A stretch of 64,000 bases of DNA from Lama guanicoe. Its lineage: Eukaryota. Numbering within the stretch: position 1 is the first letter of the stretch; each line of letters begins with the position of its first letter. Both the position numbers and the translations under genes were made by a program. The stretch covers positions 7,141,757-7,205,756 of the forward strand of contig MU054187.1 in the NCBI GenBank assembly GCA_013239625.1, written 5' to 3'. Below are positions 35,860 through 49,720 of this stretch, piece after piece. Below the pieces are notes generated by a model. The model saw nothing but the letters and a program-made list of their open reading frames with translations, ran no database searches and had not been told where the DNA came from.

Positions 35860-36340
35860 TAATGATAACCACTTTTTCCTGGTTTATTTCTTATTTATCT
35901 AATATTTATTCCTCAGTTTTCGTTATAAGCTCTCTTCTTCCGCGTCCTCCCTTAATTTGGGGCCACCCAACAGTTCATCCCCAGCCTTCTCTTCTCATTC
36001 AAAAATTGCCCCTCAGCAATTTCATCCACTTCATTAATTTTCACTAATGCTGTATCGATGACTCCCAGATCTATACCCCTCCCAGACTCTCTCTTGAGCT
36101 CTGGACTCATTTGTCAAACTACATTCTGGGTGATTCTCATGCATGCCCACCTCAACCTGTCTCCAAGTGAATCTTAGTGTCTTCCCTTCTATGCTTCTCA
36201 CTTTCTTGTGTATTCTTTTAGGTAAGGACCACTATTATCCATTCCAAAGTACAAGCCAGAAGCTCAGTAAAGACATGACCATTCTTTCTCTCCCTCATGT
36301 CTCACATTTAGTCTTAGGTCCCATCAATTATATTTCCTAA
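35860..36340 (+). mobile_element. L2 LINE fragment
   Basis: gatgactcccagatctatac...ctctcttgagctctggactcat...cctcaacctgtctccaagtgaa. Confidence 0.65.
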
Positions 36341-37792
36341 ATGTTATCAGTATTATAACATTCCAGTTAGCTCTGGCTATGGTTCCTTGGGTTCTCCAAG
36401 TTATGTAGAAAGGACAGCGATAATTCAGCTCACCTAGTTTTAATTGGAAGATGATTATATTGAAGTCATAATGGTATCTTGATCAAATGATATTTAAGTA
36501 TAAAACACCTTCTCTCTCTTTGAAGCATTCCGTAATCTGCTCCCTACAACGTTAGAATTTGCACCCCATGACAAAAGGCAGATGTCTCATCTGGAAAGAT
36601 TGGAAGGAACAAGCTTTCTGATATGATTTGCTACCTTTATATACTCTTGGCCCCAGAATCTCATAGTCATGAGACTTACAGTCATTTGTCCAGGGTCACA
36701 GCCACGGCTTAGCCCAGTCTTCCTCTATATTGTGGCACAAAATGGTTATTCCTCCAAGTCTGATGCCAGTACTAAGTGAATACTAAAACCGCTTAAGTCC
36801 TCCCCACTATCTTGAGCAAAATTGTTTAAATAGCTTTCTTCAAACGCAGTCTTACATGGAACTTCACACATAAAACAAATAAAAGCAGAGCTGACTTTTT
36901 TCAAATATAGGGTAGAGATATGAGAACACTGCCCCTTGGATTCTCACCCATCCCATCTTAAGCACCTCCTGCAAGCACCTCTAACTAATCTTCCAAGGCC
37001 CTGAAGAATCCTATTTTAAAAGCATGGGCCTAGGGGAAACAAAGGCCAATGTGCTCTAGGAAAAGAGCAAATGTCATTTACATGGAAATAGACAATGACT
37101 GGGGCTACATCTAACCAACCCTCGAAAGCAAAACTGGACATCCTCCCCGATGCCTCGCCCCGTAGAAACCTGGATCCCTTCCTCCTGTTGCCACAGCACT
37201 TTGTATGTGCTCATATTTCACTGGTCATACTGGATCAAAATGACTTAATTACATGTCTCTCTGCCAAACTTAGTTGCAGTTTCCACAAGTGGAAGGGCCA
37301 AGTCTTATTCACCTTCACATCACCAGCACCTACTGCAGTACATGCCATTTGGTGATGGTTCAGTGATACTTGAACGAAAAATAAGAGCCAAGCTTTAAGA
37401 AAGTAAGTTCAGAAATAGCCTGGAGAGTGAATTAGAGAGGAAGCCATATGCGAGGGACCAGCGAGGAGGCAGTGAGATAATCCAGGCTGCTGGATAATGA
37501 GGTGGAGCAGGAAATTGTCCGTGGACGTAGGGCAAAGAATATTGAGCGTCTCTGAGAGTGGAATCCACAGTGCTCCATGAGGGCTCGAAAGGGCAGATGG
37601 AATAATTGACAGTAAGTCCAAAACTGAGCCTGGAGCTAAGGATGAATAATTTTAATAACAAGCCTTGGGAAAGCAGGAAGGAAGCTGAAGAGGTCCATTT
37701 AAGATATGGTCAACACAGACGCTACGCTGTGCACAAGGTTAGTTATTGCTGGCACCTTAGGAAAAATGGTTACAAATGAAGGGACTATTTTA

Positions 37793-37970
37793 AAATCATA
37801 TATATGTATATATATATATCAATATGTTATTATATATTATATATGTATACATTAATGTACATGTATAATATATTAAATTATATCTCATATAATTATGTAT
37901 CATATAATATTAATACATAAATAATTATATATAATTATATACATATATTAAATCATATATATGTATATAT
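37793..37970. repeat. AT-rich low-complexity (TA)n-derived tract bounded by a 21-bp direct repeat
   Basis: aaatcatatatatgtatatat at 37793-37813 and 37950-37970, with almost pure A/T between. Confidence 0.9.
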
Positions 37971-38989
37971 TTTTTAATTGGGAAACTGAGCTGTTCAGTT
38001 TTAAATTTTAATGGCCTTCAAGTAAGTTTTCACTCAGTTATCTACCCAATTTTCATCCCTGTAATACCTAAAGTGTATTTTTAAGAGAGTCTATGTTAGC
38101 TGTATTGAAAGTTCTGTTAAAATTCTTTTAAATTACTGTCAGGATTTTTTCCTTAAAGGTCACTCATTGTAATGGAATAAGAATGACTCTAAATCTGGAT
38201 TAAATGCTTTTGGTGAATTCAGAGTGTTTTTTTCCCCCTGACTCAGAATGAATGACTCAATGCTCCCTGAAGATTTCATATCTGCAGGCAACATACACCA
38301 TCTTGCTGAGTTAAAATCCTAGTAAGGGACTGGATTAATTCTCCATTTCTAATGAGAAGAGAATACCAACAACGATTCTAATTATATCTGAGACTTACAG
38401 AGCTCATTTCTCCCTAGGAGCTAAAGGAAGGTCTACATCTGTTACTTAATTTATACATGGAGACAGAGTGATATCACAGAGGTTACATAGTATGCCAGTG
38501 AGGTTAGAATCCTGTGGTATTCAAAATCTGGATTTTTGATTCTACATTTTAGTGCTCTTTAAGTTCCCATTCTCAAAGAGAGAGAGAGAATAAACTGTGA
38601 CTTAAATTGTAATTTATAGAATGAAGAATTCTTATTTGACATAAGAAGGCATTTCTGAAAGAGACATCTTAGAAGCTTTGGAGTATGGATTATAAGAAGC
38701 TGTGTAATTTCTTTTACGAGAAGTATTCTCGGGTAAAAACAGATTCATATATATCTGAAATCGTTTACTGGGGCACTATCTGATTGAGGCAAGGTAGAAT
38801 AGATTGTTTCTCAAGGTTTCTTCCAGTCATATAGTTCAGTGACTTCTCTGTGAGATGCTCTGTGACATTTTTTTCCTAGTAAAAAATTTTAAAAGTATAT
38901 AATACATGCAAAATGGCACTGTTAAAATGCTTCCTTCATACTTTACTGGGGAATAAGTGGAAGAGATTTGGTCTGAATCTCTTCACACC

Positions 38990-39625
38990 TGCCCCTCGGC
39001 AGCCTATTTTCAAGGCTGTAGCCAGAGTGGTTCTTTTAAAACATAGGTCAGAATGTGGCAGCCCTCTGCTCAGTGCTCTGCATGGCTCCTTATTGCACTA
39101 GAACCAAAAGCCAGGTCCTTACAGCAGCCTATAGGGCCCGACATGATCTATAGGAACATCCCTCCTGACCTCCCCATTACCTCTTCATCCTCATCCTCTT
39201 CCTGCTACTTGTTCACTCTGCTCCAGCCACACTAGCCTCTTTGTGTTCCCTATGCTGGGAATCTGCCTGCCTCAGGGCCTTTGCACATGCTGTTTCCTCT
39301 ACCTGGTATTTTCTTCCATGAATTATTCTCATGGCTTTCTGCTTCCCCTTCCTTAAGACTTTCAGATATCACTTTCTTGATGAGAATATCCTCATCACTC
39401 CCTCTTTAAAATTGCCAACTTCCTCCACCCCCAAGAAACTCTATTTTTCCTCTTTTTTTTAAATAGCATTCTTCACTTTCTAACATACTTAATAATGCCC
39501 TTATTTATTATGTTTATTTTTTATTGTTTGTCTCTCCCCTCCTCCCAACCTCTGGCACCTCCCAAATGCTAGAACATATAGTCCTTAAGAGTGGGGATCT
39601 CTGTCTATTTTGTTCACTGCTTTAT
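38990..39625 (+). mobile_element. L2 LINE 3' region (L2a-like)
   Basis: gccagagtggttcttttaaaacataggtcaga...ctgctccagccacactagcctc...cctcagggcctttgcacatgctgtttcctct...tgtctattttgttcactgct. Confidence 0.8.
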
Positions 39626-40490
39626 CTTTTACATCTTTATCTATTATAAGTAATGTAATAACCATATGTTGGATCTAAAATAGCACATTAAATCAATATA
39701 AACTGAGAAGTGGAAAGAAAATAGAACAAAGTGAAAAAGGTGAAAATGTGTTCCCGCTTTTCACAGAGTCAATAGAATAATGTGATTATGCTCATTAGAA
39801 GGGGAAAGGTTAAGTACTCTTCTCAAACCTCACTTCTAATTATTAGACTTTCAAATATTTGATGAGAATTCTCATACTCCACTCAGATGCTTAGTCTGTG
39901 CTGATCCAGGTAAACACTGACGCGTTTCATGACTGACCTCAGGTTACGTTCATCTGTCGTATGAGCCCTCCTTCCATCTCTTCCTGCAAAGCCACACCCA
40001 GAATTGAGTGCACCCTTCGGCACAGGGCAGAGCATCACCGCCCTGTCACTTCTAGATATTTTCCTGTTATTAATTCAGCCTACAATCATGTTTGCTTTTG
40101 GGGGGGCTATACTGACTTGTATGCAATTCCTATCGAATTGAATTCCTAAGACTATTAGGCTGCTGTTCCCCACTGTGTACAGCCAGCTGTAGGACCTTAT
40201 TTTTTCCAATTAAACAGGAACTTCCTAGACTTCAGTCCATGGCTACATCATGTGAAGACAGTTTTGATTCAGCATATTTAATAATCATGAAGTTAACTTC
40301 AACTACAGATGGGGAGGAGGCGAGAATGCCTCTGTCTCTTTAGGTAAGAAATGCGAGTAACTGGAAAAATGCTGAAGAGGACAGTTGAAAAGATGGGAGC
40401 CTGCAGCTTTCCTCCTGAAACTTCCCCTGTGACTGATATCACTGTATTTGTTTATTTAATCTTTTACTTGCCCTGTGCTTTATTTTTCTC

Positions 40491-40589
40491 TTTTTTTAAA
40501 TTGAAGTATAGTTGATTTATAATGCTGTGTTAATTTCTGGTGTACAGCATAGTGATTCATTTATACATATATATAAACATATATATTCT
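40491..40589 (-). mobile_element. Short L1 3' end
   Basis: ttttttaaattgaagtatagttgatttataatgctgtgttaatttctggtgtacagcatagtgattca. Confidence 0.8.
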
Positions 40590-43500
40590 GACATCAACTT
40601 ATTAATGAGCACCATCGAAGGACTATGATGTAAATAATTTCTAAGCCACTTATGTCATTCACATTTCTCACTACATTAAGAATAAGAATATTGTCTCAGA
40701 TTTTGCCAGTTTAAGACCTAGTCCTGAACGACTAATTCTCTACATTCTCCGTCTGCCAACCCAGTCACAGAAATAAACGCTGATGTTCTTGTCATGAGAC
40801 ACATGCCGGATTCCTTGTGACCTCCCTCAGGGTATTTACACACCATTCCTTAATAATTTATCCTAAAATAATTTTCACAATATTGCTTCCTACTTTTTGG
40901 AAATTTGGAATGTGGTATAGCCCTGCAAAAGCTGTTGAACGAAGGTCAGACAAGTTCAAGGAAATGAGTGTGATACGCTGCATTACTAGGAAGCACATTG
41001 CTAGATTTCTCCATAATTGTGCTCATTTCTAAGTCACTTACATTGAGAATCTATATTAAACCATGAGTGATGATCAATTAAAAATGTCTTTAATTGGCAT
41101 TGCCCTGCAGTGTGGAATGAGTGCTACTGAAATAAACTGCTTTCGATATTGTAGACCTTCTGATTAAGTGATTGCTGCTGTCACTCACCAGGAAGCCCTG
41201 CGTATCCAGTGCTTCTAAATCCCTGCTTCTCTTCCATCACTTCCCTACTTCTGTTGGCGGAGGGGAGACAGGGAGGGTGGAGGAGGAGGGGGTCTGTTAG
41301 GTGAACTTAAGATCTTCAAAAGCCTAACCTCCTTTTTCCATGGTTTATTCATCCTTGTCCTGTCATTTGGTGTTGTCAAAGGAAGAGCTTTAAATTTGCT
41401 TGGCTCTTATTAGCATTCCCAAAATTATGATCAGTTAGTCAGGAACTGTGGTCCTCGCAGTCTGATACCACAGAAAGGTAAGTTCACAGATTTTATGCTA
41501 CTCAAAATTATCCACTATGCAGAGTGGAAAGATGAGTGATCTATGAATTATTACTTAGTATGTTGACATTTTTAGAGCAGATTAGTAAAAATTCCTTGGT
41601 TACTTAATTGCTTGCTGGTGATTTTGAAATTCAGGATGAGCAGGTAGTTTAGGCCACTCACTTCTCTCCTGTGCTAAACCATCGACTGGAGGAAGTGCGG
41701 GGGTGAAGGGAGGGGAGAAGAAATGTCTGAAGCAATTTTGAGAGTGTGAACTTACTGGATAATTCAGAGAAGCCGCACAGGCCCATGGCTTTGCTGCTGG
41801 CGCTTTGAGTCAGACTGTTGCAACCTGCATTGGCCGTTTCCTGAGCTAAAAAATGGAGAAATGATATTTTTCCAAAATTGCCCCAGGATAATTTCACTCA
41901 AATGTGGAAGTGTTTTATGAACTATGAAATACCGTGCAGACTCCCAGAAATATAATCTCTTTTCCCATTCACCTCCTAATTCAATCAGAATGGTCAATTT
42001 GGTAGACATGCGTTATTTAAACCTTGAATCACCTATTAATCTTCACCTCTGGCAAGGAAGATGGAGATGCAGAAATAACAAGTTCTGCATAAAAAGCTCA
42101 AATACATGATCTGAAGCACATGTGTTTACCCAGCATTTAAAAAAATTATTTCACCACGTTTTTAAAACAATCAATTAACTGTTCCGTTGTTGTTCTGTGT
42201 GTTGTTGACTGAGTCTTCCACAAACATAGTTTGAAGCCAGTAGACTTCCTCTGTCACAGGCAAAACAAAACACATCATCATCAGACTGTGTTTTCCAAAC
42301 AGAACATATTATATTTTTATAGCATTGTCTTCCATCCATTTATTTTATGGACCCTAACAACTCCATGGTACTCTTGGCCAGAAACAAATTAATTCTAAAT
42401 ATTATGTTTGCATTTTAATCCTTTATCTTAGCTGTAAAATTATACACAGCTAGCCTTTTCCCCTATAAACCCATCTGTAGTTGCTGAAAAGTAACTTGTT
42501 TCGTGAAGGTCAGCATTAAATCCAGCCAGATTTACCTTGTATTAATCCCTGTGTGTGGCTTAGGCTGTAAGCTTTTTATCACTAGACTGTAACCACGTGC
42601 GGACCCCAGAACCTTTTCTCTCATTTTGATGCATAACGCTGCTCGAATGCACTAGATGTGAGGACTTGGCCATCTGGGTGCTTTCAAACATGGCATCAGG
42701 CCAGTGGAGTCTACGTTTGATGCTGCATCTGATGCTCATTTCTTCACGACGTAACCAGCCATTTGTCCCCATGCCCAGCCTGTACCCAACACTTTACTGT
42801 GGTCACGTATGTTATTGTCATGCTTTCTAACTCTCAATTAGAAAAATCTCAAATTTAATCCTTGCATGTTTTATGATTGTGGAAACGCAGGGGGTCCCTC
42901 AGATGGACAGACAGCTGAAACCCTTGGCGGGCAGTTCAGTGCGGGTAGCGCAGCTCCCCGCAGATCCGCAATTTGCTCCCACTCCTGTGCTTGTCTGTGT
43001 GGAAATAAAAGTACAACCCTATTTTCAGTACTGGGGAAAGAAATGGGGACACAAAACCTGCAGAGTGCTGTGCAGCAGGGTCCTATGTGGAAAAAAAAAA
43101 TAATGTGAAGGATACAATCACCTCTACTGATTGAGATGCTACCCATTCTTCCAAGTCCCAATGCCACCTTCTCCTGGAAGGCCCCCTGGGTATGCCCATT
43201 TGGAACCAATGTTTCCAAACCACTAACTTGCAGGGCTGAAGGCAACGGTGTCCACTTGCCCCCAGGTGCACAGAATGCACGAGAGTGGCATCTTTTTCTT
43301 CCAATTCCACGCATGCATCTGATGGGTGGACAGTTGCCACATATGCTTCTGTGCCTGTTATGGACCTTGCTCCATGCTTCTGTGTTTGGTGATCTAGTTC
43401 TTTACATGCTTGTCTTCATATCTAGATGATAAGCATTATCAGGTCACTGGCTGCACTGCACCCCTTTGGGTCATCCCCACGATGTCTTTGCACTTGAAGG

Positions 43501-45407
43501 CCTACAACCAAAGAATGCTGAAAAAGTAGAATGAATGTAGGACATCGAATCAAATGATGCAATTTTCAGTTCTGCCATGGCCACCTGGGCTCACTTTAAA
43601 ATTTGAATATATCATGTGTGTATTATATTTGACAAAAAAAATACATCTTCTAAACCAATATTGTTGGTATCGTTCCACTCAGAACTCATCCGTTTAAGAC
43701 AGAAGAGCACACAATTACAGTGTTTGAGAAAAATGGAGAAGGGGTGTCGGAAGCACTGGGAAAATATTTTAATATGGAAATTGTGGACATTTTAGAAGCA
43801 AATGTTTGTTTATTTTGATCTTGAAAGTTAGATTCTTATGCAGATCCTGTATATAAAAAGACAAAGAGCCTGTGGACAATTCATTTCCCCATCAAACTAA
43901 TAATTATTTTATTTGTATTACCAAGGATGAACACTGATGCCTGAGCCAGACACGGTTTGGGGATTTTCTAGATGCTTTACATTTTGCAATTTAGAGTCAG
44001 GGGCCAGCACTTTATTTTAAAGATTCTTATAAATTGTCACCGATGTTGTATCATTAGTCATAGGTCCATTTTTGAAAATTCTAGATGATTTGACTTGAAC
44101 TTTTGTCTCTGAAATAGTTCTGTTGTTGTAGAACCCACTTAGCAACATGTCAAGTTGTGTCTCCAGAATTTCGTTCTGGGAAATTTGGGCTGGTTGTTTT
44201 ATTTTGATTCCTAAGTCAAATTTAAGGACTATTAATATCCTGCCACACATCAATGTAAACTTCAAGCCATGTAATAACAGAAGAATTAAAAATAAAAACC
44301 ACGGGGAGCTGTGCTGCACTGAATCACATTGTCAGCATTAATGATTGCCTCCATTTGCACCAATATTTCATCCTTTCATTCCATAGCATCATGGAATGAG
44401 CTCGATTAGGATAATATATTCCAAAGGAGCTCATTATTCTTGGGACTGGGGGGACAGGGGTATTGTTCCATGACAGAGCTACTAAATTTAATTTCCTCTA
44501 CCTTGCAAGCAGTACACGCATTCATTACCTGAATTTATTAAAAATATATTACCTAAAACCACAGTTAACTAAGTCATACAATTTGCTTAATCTCATAATA
44601 GCCACCGTTTTGGTCATCTTTCACTAGGTATCCTCTGAAGCAAATTCTCATTTTCTTTTTAACAACATCATTTTCTAATTGGGATTTTTAAGATCAGCAG
44701 ACCATTTCAGCAAGATAATTGTTAAATATAGGCTGTTACATCTACTCTTGCAAATTAGCAAGGTGAATTTTGTTTTGCTTTATCTTATTATTTTTATTAT
44801 TCAGTATTTGTTTTACTATAACTATAAAAATGTCATTTGCAGATGAGACATATGGTAAAATACAAATACTTTTCCTTTCTTGACGACTTTTTAAGCTTCT
44901 TTGGAACTTCTCTGAAAGATGTCTTTAACTTTATTTTCTAACATTTCTAAGTGAGCTTCACTTACACCATAATATTTTCAATACCCTAAAGATTGTTTTT
45001 CCCCTAAATTTTCCCTTTTAATAAAATCTTCATCTTCATAGTTAGAACATTTCTCTCTGCCTTCTGTGCTCTTTTTTCTGAAGAGAGCTATCTTTGCTAT
45101 TAGAGTGTTTGTTTCTTCCCAGTACTTCATTTGTTTTTCCCCATTTGCTGTGGGCTCTGTCCCCCATCTTAGGGGAAGGATTGCTCAAAAACGCTTGACA
45201 AATGCTGTGTCTTCTTGGCCATCTCCTTCATATTGGGGTAGATTTGGCCTTGCTCTCCAGCTGTCAGATATCCCAGAAGAGATTCTCCTAGCCTCCTTCC
45301 TACAAGATAAAGCCTGGTTTCATCCTTGCATGCCCGACCTTGAATGGCTCATTTGTGGCTGAGAACAATGATTCAGTCAAATGGAATGAAAGGCTTAAGA
45401 ATCATCC

Positions 45408-45975
45408 TTTTTTTTAAATTGAAGTATAGTCAGTTTACAATGTTGTGTCGATTTCTGATGTACAGTGTAATGTTTCAGTCATATATATATGTACATATAT
45501 TCATTTTCATATTCTTTTTTGTTATAGTTACTACAAGATATTGAATACAGTTCCCTGTGCTATACAGCAGAACCTTGTTGTTTATCTATTTTATATCTAG
45601 TAGTTAGTATCTGCCAATCCCAAACTCCCAATTTATCCCTTCCCACTCCCTTTCCCCTCTTCCTCGGAAACTGTAAGTTTGCTTTCTATGTCTGTGAGTC
45701 TGTTTCTGTTTTGTAAATAAGTTCATTTCTGTCTCCTTTTTTAGATTCCACATGTAAGGGACCTCATATGGTATTTTTCTTTCTCATTCTGGCTTACTTC
45801 ACTTAGAATGACATTCTCCAGGTCCATCCATGTTGCTGCAAATGGAATTGTTTTATTCTTTTTATGGCTGAGTAGTATTCCATTGTATAAATAAACCACA
45901 ACTTCTTTATCCAGTCATCTGTCAATGGACATTTAGGTTGTTTCCATATTTTGGCTATTGTACATAGTGCTGCTA
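45408..45975 (-). mobile_element. 5'-truncated L1 (ORF2 C-terminus plus 3' UTR)
   Basis: The minus-strand ORF encodes TIAKIWKQPKCPLTDDWIKKLWFIYTMEYYSAIK, a canonical L1 ORF2 end. Poly(T) at the left edge. TSD core aagaatcat at 45397-45405 and 45976-45984. Confidence 0.92.
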
Positions 45976-46399
45976 AAGAATCATTTTTTTTCACTGGCAC
46001 TACCTGGCACAATTTGGAACCATGACACACCATTTGTGTAGAAGTTAACAGGCCAAAAGGTATATCACATTTTGATGTGGATGATGAATGTTCTTAAAAG
46101 TTGCATAAATAATGACATTATGGAAAAATCCTCCCTCGTGTTTATCTTTAAGATGTTTATTAAATAATATGATACTCTCCAGGGATTTTTCTTATCCTGC
46201 TTTATTATTTTCAATTAAATTATCACCCAGACAGAGTTCCAGGATTTAGTCTTTCATATTTCAAGGCACTTGAGAGAGTTAAATCATGGTCTGGCTTGAG
46301 GAATTCTGAGAGCCCTTGAGCATCACCAGACCTGCTAATGGGTGAGTTCTGGGAAATGTGAGGCTCTTCACTAATAAGGCGTCTCATGCTGGACATTTT

Positions 46400-47640
46400 A
46401 GTGGACCCTCTCTTTCTGGAAACTTAGCACCTGTATTTTGGGGAAATGTTCTTAAATCATTTGTTGCTAATGTTCTCCCCTCCGTGTTCTGCGTCCTCCA
46501 TTTCTAATGTGCAATTCTATCACTCAAATATCGGATAGTCTGCACTCATCTAGTTTCTCGCCTTTTCTCTATTTTCCATTCATTGTCTTTTTATTCTACT
46601 TGCAGAAAGATTTCTTAAAACTTTACCTTCCAATCTTACTGAATTTCCATGTGTGTTACTGTGTTTCTAATTCAAATGTTCCTTTTTTTTTCAGTTTGAA
46701 TGTTCTGCATTTATAGCATCCTATTTTTGGTGTGTACATGTTCCGAATTGTTTTGCTTTGTTCAGATTTTTTTTCTCCCTGCATAATCTGTTTTCTCAAA
46801 GTTGCTTTCCTTTTTTTGTTTGTCTGTTTGTTTGAGTCTTTATCTTTGAGAGCCTTTCCTCAGAGTCTCCTCATCCTTGGCTTTCGGTGCATGATCATGA
46901 GTGAGGATTTTAAAACCTGACTGGCCCTGCTGAGCACATCATGGGGCTTCTCAGTTCTGAGTTACACTGTGAATTGGCCTGTGTGGACCATTTGTTCAGG
47001 AATTCCAGGTGTTAGTATCTTTGTCTTTATTGCTTTGGAACAGATCAAGTTCCCCAAGAAAGAACCTTCCAATTTCTATCTCGTGGGGAGGGATCTGAGA
47101 GCCAACATCCTGAGAACCAATTAGGGACAGAGGCTGGGGGTCTTTGCATCCCTCATTTGGCATGCATCTGATCCTTAATCCCACATTGTCAGCATGGTAC
47201 ATACACCCTCAACTGTGGGTAGCACTGGCCAGCTCAAGATCCCTGGTTTTCCCTCGCTAGTGAATACATCTCCAGACTCTAGGGGAAGGAGGCACACGCA
47301 GCAGTAAGGCGCAGAAGACATCAGAGGTCTAACTGGTTCTTAGACAGATTCTGCCCAGGCTGCCTGATTTCAGAGCCACCCTCTTCACCACCACCCCAGA
47401 AGTAACTGAGGCTTCTTATGGCTCTGCATGGGTAACTTGGGTCTCTCCCTGTCTTTCTCTCCTGATGTTGGTCCCTGCTCATCCATTTGCTTCTGCCTTT
47501 CAAAACTGTGTGCCCTTTACCTCCTCTCATGTTTCCCACACCCTTGTAGATTATGTCTTTAAAATGTATCCATTTACTATAGTTTTTGTAAGGAGTTTTC
47601 AGTACCCCAGCTTAATAAGAGACCAAGTTTCCATTTTGAC
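46400..47640 (-). mobile_element. Ancient HAL1/L1ME-like 5'/ORF1 region
   Basis: T-rich antisense ORF1-like sequence (ttttggggaaatgttcttaaatcatt...ctcccctccgtgttct..., ctttaccttccaatcttactgaatt). Boundaries approximate. Confidence 0.55.
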
Positions 47641-48809
47641 TCCCTCGTGGCGTATGACAGTGTTTTGCACTTAGTAGACACTGAGCTGGTATTTGTAGAA
47701 CTGACTAGATGAATACCTTAAGTACAGCCAAAACATAGTACGAAGCATTTTTCACATACTAGAGACTTATACATTTGAGAAATTAATAAAATTAAATATC
47801 TCTCTTTTTCCCTAAGAACTCAACATATTGATAGCTCCGTAAGTTAAGAATCTACATTGGAAAAAGGTAACAATACTTTGAATGGGTATTTTTTCTACTC
47901 CTGTGTTCCTGTCTGTTCAGCAAATAGTTATTAAGAAAGCACAATGTCAGTCACTAAGAATTACCAAGATTCCTGTTTGCATTTGGTTACACGGCATCTC
48001 TATCATGAAGTGGATATTATTCAATGACTAGGAATTGCTGCTAAGTGAATTTTTATAGGTTAAAATTTGTTAGCTCCCAAATCAAGAGCAGATTGAAGCA
48101 GAGTTCTATGGTTTGTATGTTATTAAATGTGACTTTGATAAACAGAAGTCCTCTTCTATGACTAAATTCAACAATGCAAATGGAATTTTAATTTATTGCT
48201 TCTGTGTAAAATGTCATCAGTTTCCGAGCGAGCTAGAAAGCTAATTGGAATGTATTTGGAATTTTTTTTCAGATCAGGTGGTTATTATTAACATTTATTT
48301 CAGCCAGAATTATACTTACACCACTAGCTCTTGATAGATCACAGTTTCAGTTGATCCAGATAGTATAATATTTCCTTAGGGGCGTAGTGTCAGGTATTTA
48401 ATTGTTGTGCTTGGATCTTTGATCTGCACAAGTTTATGGATGAGCAAGCAGTGGAATTTGCCAGACATGTCTCCATTCTTCATTTTAGAAATAGACCAAC
48501 TGCTTGTATAATAGTACGGCATTTCTTATACAACAGTTTGCACACACTGTAATTGGTTTTCATTTATAAAAAAAAATGAAGTTCATATTCAGACTGGTTT
48601 ATTGGAGGAGTAAATCTTTACCTAAATGATGACAGTGTTATTTTTTAGTGTATATAATTTTTTAAAGGAAAATAACATGCTAGGATAGCTTTAACTCATA
48701 CAATAGAACGGACTGCTTTTCTTCTTTATAAGTCTTTAGCATTTTTTAATCTTTTACATCGTATGTTTTGATTAAAATAAAAAATTAATTGGAAAGCAAA
48801 AATGAATCT

Positions 48810-49210
48810 CTATTGAACGTTTTGCATATGCCAAATACTCTGCTAAACACTTTATATGGATTATTTCATTTAATCCTTATAACAACCCTCCAAATTTATT
48901 GGTATTTGCATTTTACAGGTTAGAAAAATACCAAGGCTTAAAAATAAAATATAATAAAGTAATGATAATAAATACAATAAAATTTGAAATCACTAATATT
49001 CACCAAATATTCACAAATAGGATCTCACCTGCACTGTTTTAAGTGCTTTGCCTATATTGTATCATCTGATCCTTATCACACATGTTAGTGGGAGCCATTA
49101 TCATTCCCATTTTACAAATGAAAAAGGGAAAAGATACTTTCCCTCAGAAGGAAAAAAAAATAACTGATCCAAAATCACAAGGCCAAATCCAAACACAAGT
49201 AGCTGCATCC
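48810..49210 (-). mobile_element. Two MIR fragments
   Basis: tgccaaatactctgctaaacactttatatggattatttcatttaatccttataacaaccct and cattcccattttacaaatgaaaa. Confidence 0.7.
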
Positions 49211-49599
49211 TTAGTTAGTGCTAAAAGATGACTCTTGGATAGTTGGGAACTTCATGCTGGAAGTAACAGAAACTCTGATTCAAAGTGCCGTACGCATTAA
49301 GGGCATTTAGCATCTCACATCCCAAAGCCCCGGAAGTAGAGCAGGTTTCAAGATTGATTGATGGGGTGATGTCATCGAGAGTCCTAATTATTTTCACATC
49401 TGTTTTGCCACCTCAGCCTGGCTTCCCACATTAGATCTGCTCCTTGTTGGCTGTCAATTCAAGCAAATCACTTGTACGGAGAATGAGCCCAAGGATACTC
49501 AACTTTGACTGAGAATGACAACATTGCATTAGGAAACAGGGAGGTGGCAACCATTCTAGGCTTCAGAACTTGGTAGCTGGTTCCTTCCTCATCGACAAG

Positions 49600-49720
49600 G
49601 TCAGCAGAACGGCATCACCTACCCCAGGTGCTGTCGCGAGGATTAAGTCAGTTAAAACACATGTCGTGCTACAAACGGTGGCTGGCACATTGTAGGTGCT
49701 ACATAGGTGTTCTCTATTAT
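49600..49720 (+). mobile_element. MIR 3' fragment
   Basis: gaggattaagtcagttaa...ggctggcacattgtaggtgctacata. Confidence 0.55.

Noticed and set aside
45803..46033. ORF with clear protein similarity
   Set aside because: It is the decayed C-terminus of L1 ORF2 in a truncated retrotransposon, not a host gene.
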